Shown in pieces: positions 1 through 12,839 of a stretch of 64,000 nt of DNA. This stretch comes from Squalus acanthias (taxonomy: Eukaryota), in assembly GCA_030390025.1 (NCBI GenBank), contig CM059432.1:20028001-20092000 (forward strand), given 5' to 3'. Every line of letters begins with the position of its first letter. Within the stretch, counting starts at the first letter, position 1. The position numbers and the translations under genes are program-made. The notes beneath the pieces were generated by a model. The model was not told the DNA's origin, searched no databases, and worked only from the letters and a program-made list of their open reading frames with translations.

Positions 1-870
1 TCTATGGCAAGTATATCCTTCCTTAGGTAAGGAGACCAAAACTGTACACAATACTCCAGGTGTGGTCTCACCAGGGCCCTATATAATTGCAGTAAGACAT
101 CTTTAACCTGATACTCTTGTAATAAAGGCCAACATACCTTTTGCTTTCCTAATTGCTTGTTGTACCTGCATGCTAACCTTCAGTGATTCGTGTAAAAGGG
201 CACCCAGGTCCCTCTGAACTCCAACATTTCCCAATCTCTCACCGTTTAAAAAATACTCTGCTTTTCTATTTTTTCTACCAAAGTGGATAACTTCACATTT
301 CTCCACATTATATTCCATTTGCCATGTTCTTGCCCACTCACTTAGCCTGTCTATATCCCCTTGAAGCCTCCTGGCATCCTCCTCACAACTTACATTCCCA
401 CCTAGAATTGTATCATCAGCAAACTTGGATATATTACATTTGGTCCCCTCATCCAAATCATTGATGTAGATTGTGAATAGCTGAGGCCCAAGCACTGACC
501 CTTGTGGTACCCCACTTGTTACAGTCTGCCAACCCGAAAATTACCCGTTTAGTCCTACTCTGTTTTCTGTCCCTTAACCAATCGCCAATCCATGCTAGTA
601 TATTACCCTCAATCCCATGAGCCCTAATTTTGTTTAATAACCTCTTGTGTGGCACCTTATCGAATGCCTTCTGAAAATCCAAATACACCACATCCACTGG
701 TTCCCCCTTATCTATTCTGGTAGTGACAGCCTCAAAAAACTCTTATTTGTCAAACACGATTTCCCGTTCATAAATCCGTGTTGACTGCCCAATCCTATTA
801 TTATTTTCTAAGTGCCCTGTTACCACGTCCTTAATAGTAGATTCTAGCATTTTCCCTACTACTGATGTCA
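1..870 (-). mobile_element. CR1 LINE fragment (RT region, frameshifted)
   Basis: ORFs 458-697 and 103-495 carry DFQKAFDKVPH, SKFADDT and WQMEYNVEKCEV motifs. Confidence 0.92.
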
Positions 871-1529
871 GGTGCTTTGGGTTGTTCTGAGGTTGCGAAA
901 AGCGCTATAGAAATGCTATCTTTCAAGTCTTTCTTTTGTTTCTGTTTACTTATCCATTTAGTAAATGTATTTATCACTTTATGGCCCAAGCTGTAGTATA
1001 GTGATGTCATTATTCCACCACCTTTTCAAGATGTGGAGGATCATGTGAGGGAATGCGACATAACCTGGAGCTCTGTTTAATCCCTGAGCTTGATAGAACT
1101 GACCATATAGTAGGTGGGGAATGGCGCACGGTGATCAGAGGGGGTGAGGGGTCTCATATGGGAGTGGTCTTGAACCCAAGATAAAAATTGGAAATGTGAC
1201 ACAAAAGTCAAAGGTTATCGAATGCAGCAACAAGGACAGTGACTAAAACAGCAACACAGAATTTCATTCATAAGTTATTCCTATCAGCACGTGACATCGC
1301 TGCACAGAGGACATGTGACTTAAAAGAGGGAAGATAAAAAGAGGGAAAAGGAAATATCTCTGGAGTAACAGAAAATAACCATTGCACTTTGAACAATTTA
1401 CTTCTTTGAGTGTTAGCCATGGCCAAAGAATTCTTTCTTTCCCCCTTCAATTTCTCTCCAATGAATTTATTTTTAAATTCTATTGCTCAAAAACAACAAA
1501 GAAGGACCACTGCCTGTTTTGTGCAAATG

Positions 1530-1810
1530 AACATAAGAACGTAAGAAATATGAGCAGGAGTGGGCCATACGACCCATCGAGCCTGCTCCACCATTCAATA
1601 AGATCGTGGCTGAATATTCATTGCACCCCCTCTAAGGCAAGTATATCCTTCTTTAGGTAAGAAGACCAAAACTGTGCACAATGTGGTCTCACCAAAGCCC
1701 TATATAATTGTAGCAAGACTTCCTTACTCTTCTACTCCAACCCCCTTGCAATAAAGGCTAACCTACCATTTGCCTTCCTAATTGCTTGCTGTACCTGCAT
1801 GTTAATTTCT
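1530..1810 (-). mobile_element. CR1 3' end plus RT C-terminal fragment (internally deleted)
   Basis: acataagaac tail repeat and CR1 3'UTR, then sequence similar to positions 1-180. Confidence 0.8.
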
Positions 1811-1990
1811 GTGAATATGTGAATAGAGTTCCTCTCCTTGGTTTACTGATACGAATCAAACCTCAACAGGGTTGACTCTGGATTTTGTGTGCTAAAGAGT
1901 GTTTCAAAAGGTCTTAGTTTCGAGGCTGTATCAAAAACCATACCATTAACTCTATAATTTTTTCCCTCTTCTGCGTTATTGAATAGTCAA

Positions 1991-3693
1991 GGTCGCGATT
2001 TTGCTCCATCCCACTCTGTGAAATGATTTTCTGTTGTTTGGGCTTGTTAAGCCCGCCCAGCGCATTTCCCGGGCTAATTAGAGAAAGCGGGTCTGGTGAC
2101 GTAATTTAATGATGCGTCATCAGCCGGTTTCCTTAAAGGGACCATGGCCAACTTTAATTTGACATTTGTCCTGTCAGTGTTCTACAGCATTGAGGTGCTG
2201 CAAACACTGACAATCATTGCACAGAGGTGCACGGCTGTACCCAAGCTCTCCCATGACTCCCTCCATATGCTTATGGAGGGAGTCACAGCACGCAGGGAGG
2301 TCCTCTTCCCTACCCATGGGTGGAAGAGACCTCCCTAGGAGATCAACACAGCCTGGTTGCACATTGCAGAGGAGGGCACAAGCAGGGATGTGGTCAGGAG
2401 GACCTGGGTGCAGTGCCGCAAAAGTTTCAATGATCTCAGTAGATCATGAAACGTTAGTAGAAAGCCACACTCAACCTCATCCTGCTGTGCCTCTCATCAC
2501 ATCCCCATCACTCTGCCTTCCCTACCCTACTGCTGCACATCCTTACACACACCAACTTACCTTGCACTTCCACCCATCTCTCTCTATCTACATTATCACA
2601 TCCCCATCCTCATCTCACTCACCCTCATCCTAGTCCAATCATACCAACTAACACACAAGGGAAGGCAGTTGGGTGTTTTATGCAATGTTCATGTAAAGTT
2701 TCTGTTAATGTGGTGTCAAACATTGAAACCTTTATTTTCAACACTTTGCGTTCTTGGACAGATTTGTGTGCACCTTTGGAAGTGGCTTAGTAAGTTGCAG
2801 TGATTGGTGAGACATAACGGTACCCCCCCGCAATGGTCATGAGTATGAAAGGAATGGCTTGGACATTGTAGAGATGCTTTATGGTGCTGGTGTGGGGTGG
2901 TGCCAACCTAGCGCACCATGTGGCAGCCAGGGTTTACAGCATCAAGTGAAGTAAATCTGGCCATGGTGAGGCCATCCCTGGCCTCCCGGGCAGCAATGTG
3001 GTCGGGTGCTGATGCCCTCTGTCCTGTACAGCATCAGGTGATTGCGAAGAAGGTTGGTGTGGTTGTTGGTGCTGCTGGTGTGCCTGGTGCTGCTGGTGTT
3101 GGGGCTGATCGTGATGGGATTCTGAGGACCAAGGTGAGAGAGTTTCAAGGGCACCCATGCTGATGGAATAGATGGCAGGTGAAGTAAAGATGACAGAAGT
3201 GATCTGCCAATGGTGGGAGAGGTAATGAGGTCAGACTGGATGGAGACTTGTGTAAAGACTTGCAGCATTCTGAATCTGTAGTGAAAATGCAGTTTAGAGA
3301 AGCTAGTAGTTAAGGGAACATGTCTCAATCAGCTGGGAGCTTTGACTTGACATTTGAAGCTGTCAACTCATCAGCTGATTCAATGGCCACTGACCTCCCA
3401 CCTCAGCTTCACAGACGAGGTCTAGGCACAGCGGGAAACCGGTGGCTGACCTGTCAAATCCAAAAAACTGGGGAAAAAAACATTGTTAAGTGGCTGTAAA
3501 CAGGCCACTAATGATTTTAATTGCCTCCCCCGCCGCTGCGTGTCGGGTCTGCTCAGTGCTGACGGACCCGACATCGGGGAAAGGTGCGTGGTGGTGGGTT
3601 CACAGCGGGGTCCCGACCCGCTGGGGAAAAAAAGCACTTTCCCACCCGACCCGCCACCGATCACTCCCGCTGACCCTCCGCAAAATCCAGCCC
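1991..3693. mobile_element. Non-autonomous PIF/Harbinger-derived element with Myb/SANT relic (+) and deleted transposase relic (-)
   Basis: Imperfect TIRs ggtcgcgattttgc and gcaaaatccagccc. 2220-2446(+) reads PKLSHDSLHMLMEGVTARREVLFP..AWLHIAEEGTSRDVVRRTWVQCRKSFNDLSRS (NAIF1-like Myb/SANT, one stop). The minus strand has a Q/H-rich N-terminus next to a HIAAREARDGLTMARF segment resembling a Harbinger transposase C-terminus. Confidence 0.75.
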
Positions 3694-3826
3694 ACAGAGT
3701 CTGACTTATTGCCAGTAACTCATTTCCACTCCATTACCATGAGCATAACCAATCCTGTCACCACTTGAGTTCAAAAGATAGATGACAAACACAGGCCTTG
3801 GCCTAAATCCAGTCTGGGAACATATT

Positions 3827-4567
3827 GGACCGAATCTTGCTGAAAAATTAACGGTGTGTTGATGACGTACGCTGTTATTGATGCACAAATCGACCAGCAA
3901 ATTCAAGGGACTAAGAGATTTGCCATCAGTTGCGAATCTCCAGGATTTGCTGGTCAATTTACGCCACCCACCATTTGCATCTCGCCCTTCACCTCACTGT
4001 TATTTTTAAGAACTTGCTGGATTTGCACATTAATTGCCTATTAATCACCAGTCTTAACATTCTGCGGTGAGTTTAAGAGCTTACGTACCCTTTTAACGAC
4101 GTGATAATTTTTAATGCAATACCAATCAACCTCTCTGGCCCAGAAAGACAACAATTTAAACCGTTCAATCTCGTTCCTGCATGTAATAAATTATTCTTAG
4201 AGATTTTAAAAATGTCAAATTTTAATTTTTTTCTTACTTTTCCTTTGTGTCTTTTTTCTCTCTCTCTTAATCCAATCTTTCTTACCCTCTCTTTGTTTCT
4301 CTTTCTGTCCCTGAATTGACTCTAATTCACCCTTCTCCGTCGTTCCTCTGTTTCTTTCTCAATCCTTAAATCTCATCGGTTAAGGAGATACACTGTTGGT
4401 CCCGCCATTCACTAAGATCCCAGACGCCCCGCTGCCCTTGCCACGGCATTATCAGCTCTCACTTCCAGCAAGGTATGCTGCCAAAAAAATTGAAGCTGAA
4501 GGGTGCAGGAAAAAGTTTAACTCACGGCGTATGCCGTGAGATGTCCGGCTCCAGCAAGATCTGGGCC
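3827..4567. mobile_element. Harbinger-type MITE
   Basis: TIRs ggaccgaatcttgctg and cagcaagatctgggcc, flanked by att/aat, no coding capacity. Confidence 0.7.
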
Positions 4568-4961
4568 AATATATTTACGGGAAGGATGGCCCGAGATTCA
4601 GTGCTTACTGTTGCTGCATAGCATGTTAAATAACAGCACATCTTAAATTACTTTTTGTGCTGCATTCAAGACAAACGACACTGAATATCAGCATTTTTGA
4701 CAAACAGCTGATATTTTCTAACTACTGTTAGGTGCGCTGAAGTACAGGGAGCAGGATGTGTGGTGACATTAGACTGATGCCTCAGTTGGGTGTTGCTGCA
4801 AGATGTTACCACTGGGAGTGAGGGAAGTGCGGTGAGGCTACAGCATCTAAAAGGCTGCAGCTGCTCAAAGGGCCAGAAACACTTGAAACTGAGGAAGACG
4901 GAGAGACAGCCAACAGAGGTCTGATATTATAGATGAGGGAACATCAAGGTCTTCAGTTGTA

Positions 4962-5186
4962 GCAAGAGGCCCCAGGTTTTCAGATACTTCTCCAGATCTT
5001 CTGCTGGCAAAAATAAGGGCAAGGAGAGACCAGTATTTTGGCACCCAAAACAGGAAGCCCCAGTAGATGGCGGGGCAAGCAGCATGGAGAAAGTTGGCTC
5101 AGGCAGTCAGTACCATCCCCACCGCCGCACAAACATCAACATGGTGGCAAAACAGTTTAATGACCTCACAAGGCCAGCCAAAGTAA
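4962..5186 (+). pseudogene. Harbinger Myb/SANT-like DNA-binding domain relic
   Basis: Translates ARGPRFSDTSPDLLLAKIRARRDQYFG..AAWRKLAQAVS..(frameshift)KQFNDLTRPAK followed by gtaa. Contains a stop and a frameshift. Confidence 0.7.
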
Positions 5187-5481
5187 ATTAAGTCATGAGT
5201 ACCCATCTTGGCGGCTGACTCCATGCCAGCCATACCCTCACAGTGTAGTTAACAAAATGAATGTGACAATTATATTCATGTAAAATTGATCAGTTTATGC
5301 TCAGATATTTTTTGGAAATCACAGTAGCAGGGCATGCTATCCCATCATGCACTTTTTGTAGCAATGCAGTAACTAAAATGATGAGTGGAAGCATGGAAAC
5401 AAAAAAAGTAGTATTTCAAATATCTAATTAAAAAAAAATGATAATTAAAATTGCTGCGGACAAGACAAATTTTACTGGTAA

Positions 5482-8048
5482 TAGAGTCATACAGCACAGA
5501 AAGAGGCCCTTCGGCCCATCATGTCAGCGCCGGCCATCAAGCCCTGTCTATTCTAATCCCATTTTCCAGCACTTGGTCCGTAGCCTTGTATGCTATGGCG
5601 TTTCAAGTGCTCATCTAAATGCTTCTTGAATGTTGTGAGGGTTCCTGCCTCTACCACCCTTTCAAGCAGTGAGTTCCAGATTCCAACCACCCTCTGGGTG
5701 GAAAAGTTTTTCCTCAAATCCCCTCTAAACCTCCTGCCCCTTACCTTGAAACTATGCCCCCTGGTTATTGAACCCTCTACTGAGGGGAAAAGTTCCTTTC
5801 TATCTACCCTATCTATGCCCCTCATAATTTTGTACACCTCAATCAGGTCCCCCCTCAGCCTTCTCTGCTCTAAGGAAAACAACCCCAGCCTGTCCAGTCT
5901 CTCTTCATAGCTGAAGCGCTCCAGCCCAGGTAACATCCTGGTGAATCTCCTCTGCACCCTCCCCAGTGCAATCACATCCTTCCTATAGTGTGGCGACTAG
6001 AACTGCACACAGTATTCCAGCTGTGGGCTAACTAGCGTTTTGTACAGCTCCAACATAACCTCCCTGCTGTTATATTCTATGCCTCGGCTAATGAAGGCAA
6101 GTATCTCATGTGTCTTTTTAACCACCTTATCTACCTGTCCTGCTGCCTTCAGGGATCTATGTACATGCACACCAAGGTCCCTCTGATCCTCTGTCCTTCC
6201 TAGGGTCCTACCATTCATTGTGTATTCCCTTGCCTTGTTAGTCCTCCCAAAATGCATCACCTCACACTTTTCAGGGTTAAATTCCATTTGCCACTGTTCT
6301 GCCCATCTAACCAACCCGTCTATATCGTCCTGTAGCCTGAGGATTCCCTCCTCGCTATTTACCACTCCACCAATTTTCGTGTCATCTGCGAACTTACTGA
6401 TCATACCTCCTACATTCATATCTAAATCATTAATGTACACTACAAACAGCAAAGGACCCAGCACCGATCCCTGCGGTACACCACTGGACACAGGCTCCCA
6501 GTCACAAAAACAACCTTCGACCATCACCCTCTGCCTCCTGCCACTAAGCCAATTTTGGATCCAATGTGCCAAATTGCCATGGATCTCATGGGCTCTTAGC
6601 TTCTTGACCAGTCTCCCATGCGGGACTTTGTCAAAAACCTTGCTGAAGTCCATGTAGACTACATCAACTGCACTACCCTCATCCACACACCTAGTCACCC
6701 CTCGAAAAATTCAATCAAATTGGTTAGACATGATCTCCCCCTGACAAAGCCATGCTGACTATCATTGATTAATCCTTGCCTCTCCAAGTGGAGACTAATT
6801 CTGTCCCTCAGAATTTTTTCCAATAATTTCGCTACCACTGATGTTAGGCTCACTGGCCTGTAATTCCCTGGTTTATCCCTACTACCCTTCTTGAATAATG
6901 GTACTACGTTAGCTGTCCTCCAGTCCTCTGGCACCTCCCCTGTGGCCAGAGAGGTTCTGAAAATTTGCGTCAGAGCCCCTGCAATCTCCTCCCTTGCCTC
7001 ACACAGCAGCCTGGGATACATCTCGTCAGGGCCTGGGGATTTATCCACTTTTAAGCCCGCTAAAACCGCTAGTACCTCCTCCCTCTCAATGCTAATTTGT
7101 TCAAGTATATCACAATCCCCCTGCCTGATTTCTATGCCTACATCATTCTTCTCCATAGTGAACACAGATGCAAAATATTCATTTAAAACCTCACGTACAT
7201 CTTCCGGCTCAACACACAGATTGCCACTTTGGTCCCTAATGGGCCCTACTCTTTCCCTGGTTCTCCTCTTGCCCTTAATATACTTATAAAACACCTTGGG
7301 ATTTTCTTTTATTTTGCCCGCCAGTGTTTTTTCATGCCCCCTCTTCGCTCTCCTAATTTCTTTTTTAAGTACCCCCTGCACTTTCTATACTCCTCTAGGG
7401 CTTCCACTGTTTTTAGTCCTTTGTATCTGCCAAAAGCCTCCCTTTTTTTCCTAATCCATTCTTGTATATCCCTTGACATCCAGGGTTCCCTGGACTTGTT
7501 GGTCCCACCCTTGACCTTTACGGGAACATGTTGGCGCTGTGCTCTCTCTATTTCCTTTCTGAATGACTCCCACTGCTCTGATGTGGATTTTCCTACAAGT
7601 AGCTGATCCCAGTCCACTTGGGCCAGATCCTGCCTTATCATATTAAAATCGGCCTTCCCCCAATTTAGAACCTTTATTTCCAGTCCATCTTTGTCCTTTT
7701 CCATGACTACCTTAAATCTCACCGAATTATGGTCACTGTCACCAAAATGCTCTCCTACTGACACTTCTACCACTTGCCCGGCTACATTCCCTAGAATTAG
7801 GTCTAGTACCGCCCCCTCTCTTGTAGGACTTTCTACATGCTGGCTCAAAAAGCTCTCCTGGATGCACTTTAAGAATTCCGCACCTTCTAAGCCTTTCACA
7901 CTCTGACTATCCCAGTTAATATTGGGGAAGTTGAAATCCCCTACTATTATTACCCTATTATTTCTACACTTCTCTGAGATTTGCCTACATATCTGTTCCT
8001 CTATCTCCCCCTGACTGTTTGGGGGCCTATAGTACACTCCCAGCAAAG
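5482..8048 (-). mobile_element. CR1 LINE, 5'-truncated ORF2 (partial AP endonuclease + RT), disrupted
   Basis: ORFs 7309-8046 (GVYYRPP, GDFNFP, SDHN), 6695-7381 (KSPGPD, NYRPVSL), 5997-6698 (FADDTK) and 5553-5975, followed by a CR1 3' tail. Confidence 0.96.
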
Positions 8049-8604
8049 TGCATGGTAAGCATTGTAGTGAATGGTAAGCATTCTGGCAATTCCTTTAGCT
8101 AAAAGCTATAGAAAGCTACAGCTCATTTATTCTCCAAATCAGTCAAGGATAGGCACTGCCAAAAAAAAACCCCACAACTGACTAGAAGATAAACATTTCT
8201 TACCACTCCACAAGAAGCACAGGAGATTTAATGTAGCAATGCAGCTTGTGAAGGTTATGAAAGCCCAGGGACACAATTTTGTTGTCACGGGATAGTTAGC
8301 TGCAGTGGTTTTAAGAGGATGCAAGCTGTTGTAAATCTGACCGCTAGAACTGAGTTGCAGAAATAGCTCAACGCAATCAGCTTTCCATTTCAGAGTTCTG
8401 GAAGCCACTGGCCCTCACAGCCCTCTCCAGGATCACCTTTCTGCTAATGGAGTCACTTACAGTAAATGACAAGGGGCTGAGGAATATAGTTACTGATTTA
8501 AGAACGGAGCTTATGGTGTGAGCGGAAACTATTCCATTTGTGTGGTTCCATGCTTCACTTGGATTTGCCAGATGCGAAACTGCAAAGCAAGCACATTCAC
8601 GTAC

Positions 8605-8658
8605 CTGTCTATTTTTCTGTGTTGCAGGAAGCAATGCTCTGGACTTCTCGGCAACTTT
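8605..8658 (-). CDS. TSNARE1: TSNARE1 coding exon (54 bp, phase 0 to 0): KVAEKSRALLPATQKNRQ
   Basis: Acceptor aattttctcttttcacag, donor CAG|gtacgt. Matches recalled human KIAEKSRALLPMAQRGSKQ and directly continues the previous exon. Confidence 0.93.
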
Positions 8659-9366
8659 CTGTGAAAAGAGAAAATTAACTCAGAGATTGTGTGTGGCAGG
8701 TTTACGTGCCTTAGTCTTTGTATCAAATCACATAAACCTCCAAAAATAAATAAAGAACTTTAAGAACAAAAAGCTCCTGAAATGACTTAGGTATTAAATG
8801 CACTGCACAAAGTAAACACATTGAGATACTGACCATTAAAAGTCTCCAGTTCAATCTCTGGTCTAAGCTGCTATTAACCAGGATTGCTACAATTTCCCCC
8901 AGCTACTGGGCTAGGGAGTGTCAAATGCAGCCAGGTTTCCTCTCCTCATTGCTATCCAGTGTCCCACGTTAGAAACTGAACATGTATGGACTTTGGGTAA
9001 GGAGAGAATTGGGGTCAATTGTGATGTGCTCCATAGCTGAATAGCCCGCCAACACTCACCATCAAGGCTTGGAAATGAGATATGACAACGTAGCTGCTTG
9101 GAGAGTTATGAGAACCCATGGACCCGAGAAAGAGTTGCAATCTTCTGGAGAGGGGGGAAAAATCTTTTTTTTTAAAATCTGATCCCCTTTGCTGTCCATA
9201 TGATTCTAACATTGAATAATTGTAGAGTGAAATTGCAAAAATAATTAGTACCACAGAACAATTAGGAGGCTTACAGATTGTTCTCAAGGGATAGAAGGGA
9301 AAAATGGAAGGTCTATCTATTTTAAAGATGGTAACTGAGATGAATAGTATATAGGACTGTGTTATA

Positions 9367-9734
9367 GGGCAACACGGTGGCATAGTGGTTAGCACTGTTG
9401 CCTCACAGCGCCAGGGACCCGGGTTCGAATCCGGCCTCGGGTGACTGTCTGTGTGGAGTTTGCACATTCTCCCCGTGTCTGCGTGGGTTTCCTCCGGGTG
9501 CTCCGGTTTCCTCCCACAGTCCAAAGATGTGCGGGTTAGGTTGATTTGGCTATGATAAAATTGACCCTTAGTGTTAAGGGGGATTAAATACGTGGGGTTA
9601 CGGGGATAGGGTGGGATATGTTAGGGGGGATTAAATACGTGGGGTTACGGGGATAGGGTGGGATATGTGTCGGTGCAGGCTCGATGGGCCGAAATGGCCT
9701 CTATCTGTACTGTGGGGATTCTGTGATTCTGTGA
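9367..9734 (+). mobile_element. HE1-like tRNA-derived V-SINE
   Basis: A box tggcatagtgg, B box ggttcgaatcc, V-domain ggagtttgcacattctccccgtgtctgcgtgggtttcctccggg, CR1-like tail ending gattctgtgattctgtgat. Confidence 0.9.
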
Positions 9735-9781
9735 TAAGATTGTGTTTTAGACCACCAATACAGACACAGATATACATAGGG

Positions 9782-9905
9782 CTGCTCCCTCCGCGACACC
9801 CTGGTCCACTCCTCTATCACCCCCAACACCCCTTCCCCTTCACCCGGCACCTTCCCATGCAAGTGCAGGAGATGCAACACCTCCTCCCTTCCCACCATCC
9901 AGGAC
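9782..9905 (+). mobile_element. Penelope-like element, 5' part (split by a CR1 insertion)
   Basis: Encodes DTLVHSSITPNTPSPSPGTFPCKCRRCNT, collinear with the minus-strand copy at about 40440-40560. Confidence 0.85.
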
Positions 9906-12095
9906 AGTCATCCGTGGCTAAGTAAAGAAATTAAGGATAGTATTCGACTAAAAACAAGGGCATATAAGGTAGCGAAATCCAGTGGGAGGACAGAGGATTG
10001 GGAAAACTTTAAAAGGCAGCAAAAAATAACAAAAAGATTGATTAAGAAAGGGAAGATAGATTATGAAAGTAAATTAGCAAAAAATATAAAAACAGATAGT
10101 AAGAGTTTTTATAGTTATATAAAAAGAAAAAGGATGGCTAAAGTAAATGTTGGTCCCTTAGAGGATGAGACCGGGAAATTAATGGTGGGAAATATGGAGA
10201 TGGCAAAAACACTGAATGAATATTTTGTATCAGTCTTTACAGTAGAGGACACTAAGAATATCCCAACACTGGACAAACAGGGGGCTATAGGGGGAGAGGA
10301 GCTAAACACGATCAAAATCACTAAGGAAGTGGTACTCGGTAAAATAATGGGACTCAAGGCGGATAAATCACCTGGACCTGATGGCTTACATCCTAGAGTC
10401 TTGAAGGAAGTGGCGGTAGGGATTGTAGATGCATTGGTAATAATTTTTCAAAACTCCCTGGATTCCGCTAAGGTCCCGGCAGACTGGAAAACTGCTAATG
10501 TAACACCCTTATTTAAAAAGGGCAGTAGACAGAAGGCTGGTAACTATAGACCGGTTAGCCTAACATCTGTGGTAGGTAAAATTTTGGAGTCCATTATTAA
10601 GGAAACAGTAACAGGACATTTGGATAATCATAATTTAATAGGACAAAGTCAGCATGGTTTTACGAAGGGGAAGTCATGTTTGACAAATTTGCTGGAGTTC
10701 TTTGAGGAAGTAACATATAGAGTGGATAAAGGGGAACCAGTGGACGTAGTGTATTTAGACTTCCAAAAGGCATTTGACAAGGTGCCACACAAAAGATTAT
10801 TGCTTAAGGTAAAAAATCACGGGATTGGGGGTAATATTCTGGCATGGATAGAGGATTGGCTATCTAACAGAAAGCAAAGAGTTGGGATAAATGGTTCATT
10901 CTCAGACTGGCAATCAGTAACTAGTGGTGTTCCACAGGGGTCAGTGCTGGGTCCCCAACTCTTCACAATCTATATTAACGATTTGGAGGAGGGGACCGAG
11001 TGTAACATATCTAAGTTTGCAGATGATACAAAGATGGGAGGGAAAGTAGTGAGTGAGGAGGACATAAAAAACCTGCAAGGGGACATAGACAGGCTAAGTA
11101 AGTGGGCAGAGATTTGGCAGATGGAATACAACACTGGAAAGTGTGAGGTGATGCACTTTGGCAGGAAAAATCCTAGAGCAATTTATTATCTTAATGGCAA
11201 GAAACTGGAGAGTACTGAAGTGCAAAGGGATCTGGGGGTCCTGGTGCACGAAACTCAAAAGGTTAGTATGCAGGTGCAGCAAGTGATTAAGAAGGCAAAT
11301 GGAATGTTGGCTTTCATTGCTAGGGGGATAGAATATAAAAATAGGGAGGTATTGCTTCAGTTGTACAAGGTATTGGTGAGACCGCACCTGGAATACTGCA
11401 TACAGTTTTGGTGTCCTTACTTAAGGAAAGACATCCTTGCTCTCGAGGCAGTGCAAAAAAGGTTCACTCGGTTAATCCCGGGGATGAGGGGGTGGTCATA
11501 TGAGGAGAGGTTGGGTAGATTGGGACTCTACTCATTGGAGTTCAGAAGAATGAGAGGCGATCTTATTGAAACATATAAGATTGTGAAGGGGTTGGATCGG
11601 GTGGATGCGGGGAGGATGTTCCCGATGACGGGTGAGACGAGAACTAGGGGACATAGTCTTAGAATAAGGGGCTGCTCTTTCAAAACTGAGATGAGGAGGA
11701 ACTACTTCACTCAGAGGGTGGTAGGTCCATGGAATATGCTGCCACAAAAAGCTGTAGAAGCTACAACATTAATTAAATTTAAAACAGAAATAGACAGTTT
11801 CCTAGAAGTAAAGGGCATTAAGGGTTACGGGGAGCGGGCAGGAATTTGGACATGAGTCTAGGTTCGGATCGGTCATGGCCCTGTGGGTAGTGGAGCGGGC
11901 CCAGGGACTGTGTAGCCTGATTCTGCTCCTATTTCGTGTGTGCAATTCTGTTAGATGCAGGAGATGGTTCTGTGATAGATAGTAGATTGGCGGTTAGGAT
12001 CAGATCAGCCATGATCTTATTGAATGGCGGAGCAGGCTCGAGGGGCCGATTGGCCTACTCCTGCTCCTATTTCTTATGTTCTTATGTTCTTATGT
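9906..12095 (+). mobile_element. Young 5'-truncated CR1 LINE with uninterrupted 605-aa RT ORF (10038-11855)
   Basis: Complete RT motifs with no stops, 3'UTR and a (ttcttatg)n tail. Confidence 0.97.
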
Positions 12096-12790
12096 TCCAG
12101 GTGAAACAGCGATTTACTTGTACTTCTTGCAATTTAGTGTACTGTATTCGCTGCTCACGATGCGGTCTCCTCTACATTGGGAAGACCAAACGCAGATTGG
12201 GTGACCGCTTTGCGGAACACCTCCGTTCAGTCCGCAAGCATGACCCCGAGCTTCCGGTCGCCTATCATTTTAATTCTCCCCTCCACTCCCACTCTGATCT
12301 CTCCGTCCTCGGCCTCTTACACTGTTCCAACGAAGCTCAACGTAAGCTCGAGGAACAGCACCTCATCTTTCAATTAGGCACTTTACAGCCTTCTGGACTT
12401 AACATCGAGTTCAACAATTTCAGACTATAAATTGGCCCCTGTATTTCTTTCTTTATTTTTTTTTCTCTTGTTTCCTCACATGGTAGCTGTTAATGTTGCT
12501 GCCATCATCATTCACACCTCATCTACCTAGAGCCATCTTTTGTTTCTTAACTTGTCTCTCATTTAGCCTTGCACCATCATCCCTTTTGTCAGTCAATCTC
12601 TCCTGCCTTCCATCCTATCACAGACCTTCCCTTTGTTCTTTCCTCCCCTCCTCCCTGCCTCTGCTTAAAAATCTCTCTTCCCTAACCTTTTCCAGTTCTG
12701 ACAAAGGGTTCGACCCAAAATGTTGACTCTGTTTCTCTCACCTCAATGCTGCCGGACCTGCTGAGTGTTTCCAGCATTTTCTGTTGTTAT
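12096..12790 (+). mobile_element. Penelope-like element 3' part: GIY-YIG endonuclease + 3' region with degenerate hammerhead-like motif
   Basis: FTCTSCNLVYCIRCSRCGLLYIGKTKRRLGDRFAEHLRSV..LEEQHLIFQLGTLQPSGLNIEF. Motif ctgacaaagggttcgacccaaaa at 12698. Confidence 0.92.
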
Positions 12791-12839
12791 TATAGATAGG
12801 GCATGCGACTTCGAATCAGAGAGATATGTAAGGAAGCTA

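Noticed and set aside
8139..8408. Additional TSNARE1 exon with donor GTG|gtaaga
   Set aside because: The peptide is unlike the expected next TSNARE1 segment and the acceptor and phase are unconvincing.
9367..9440. tRNA gene
   Set aside because: A and B boxes belong to the SINE head and continue into the V-domain.
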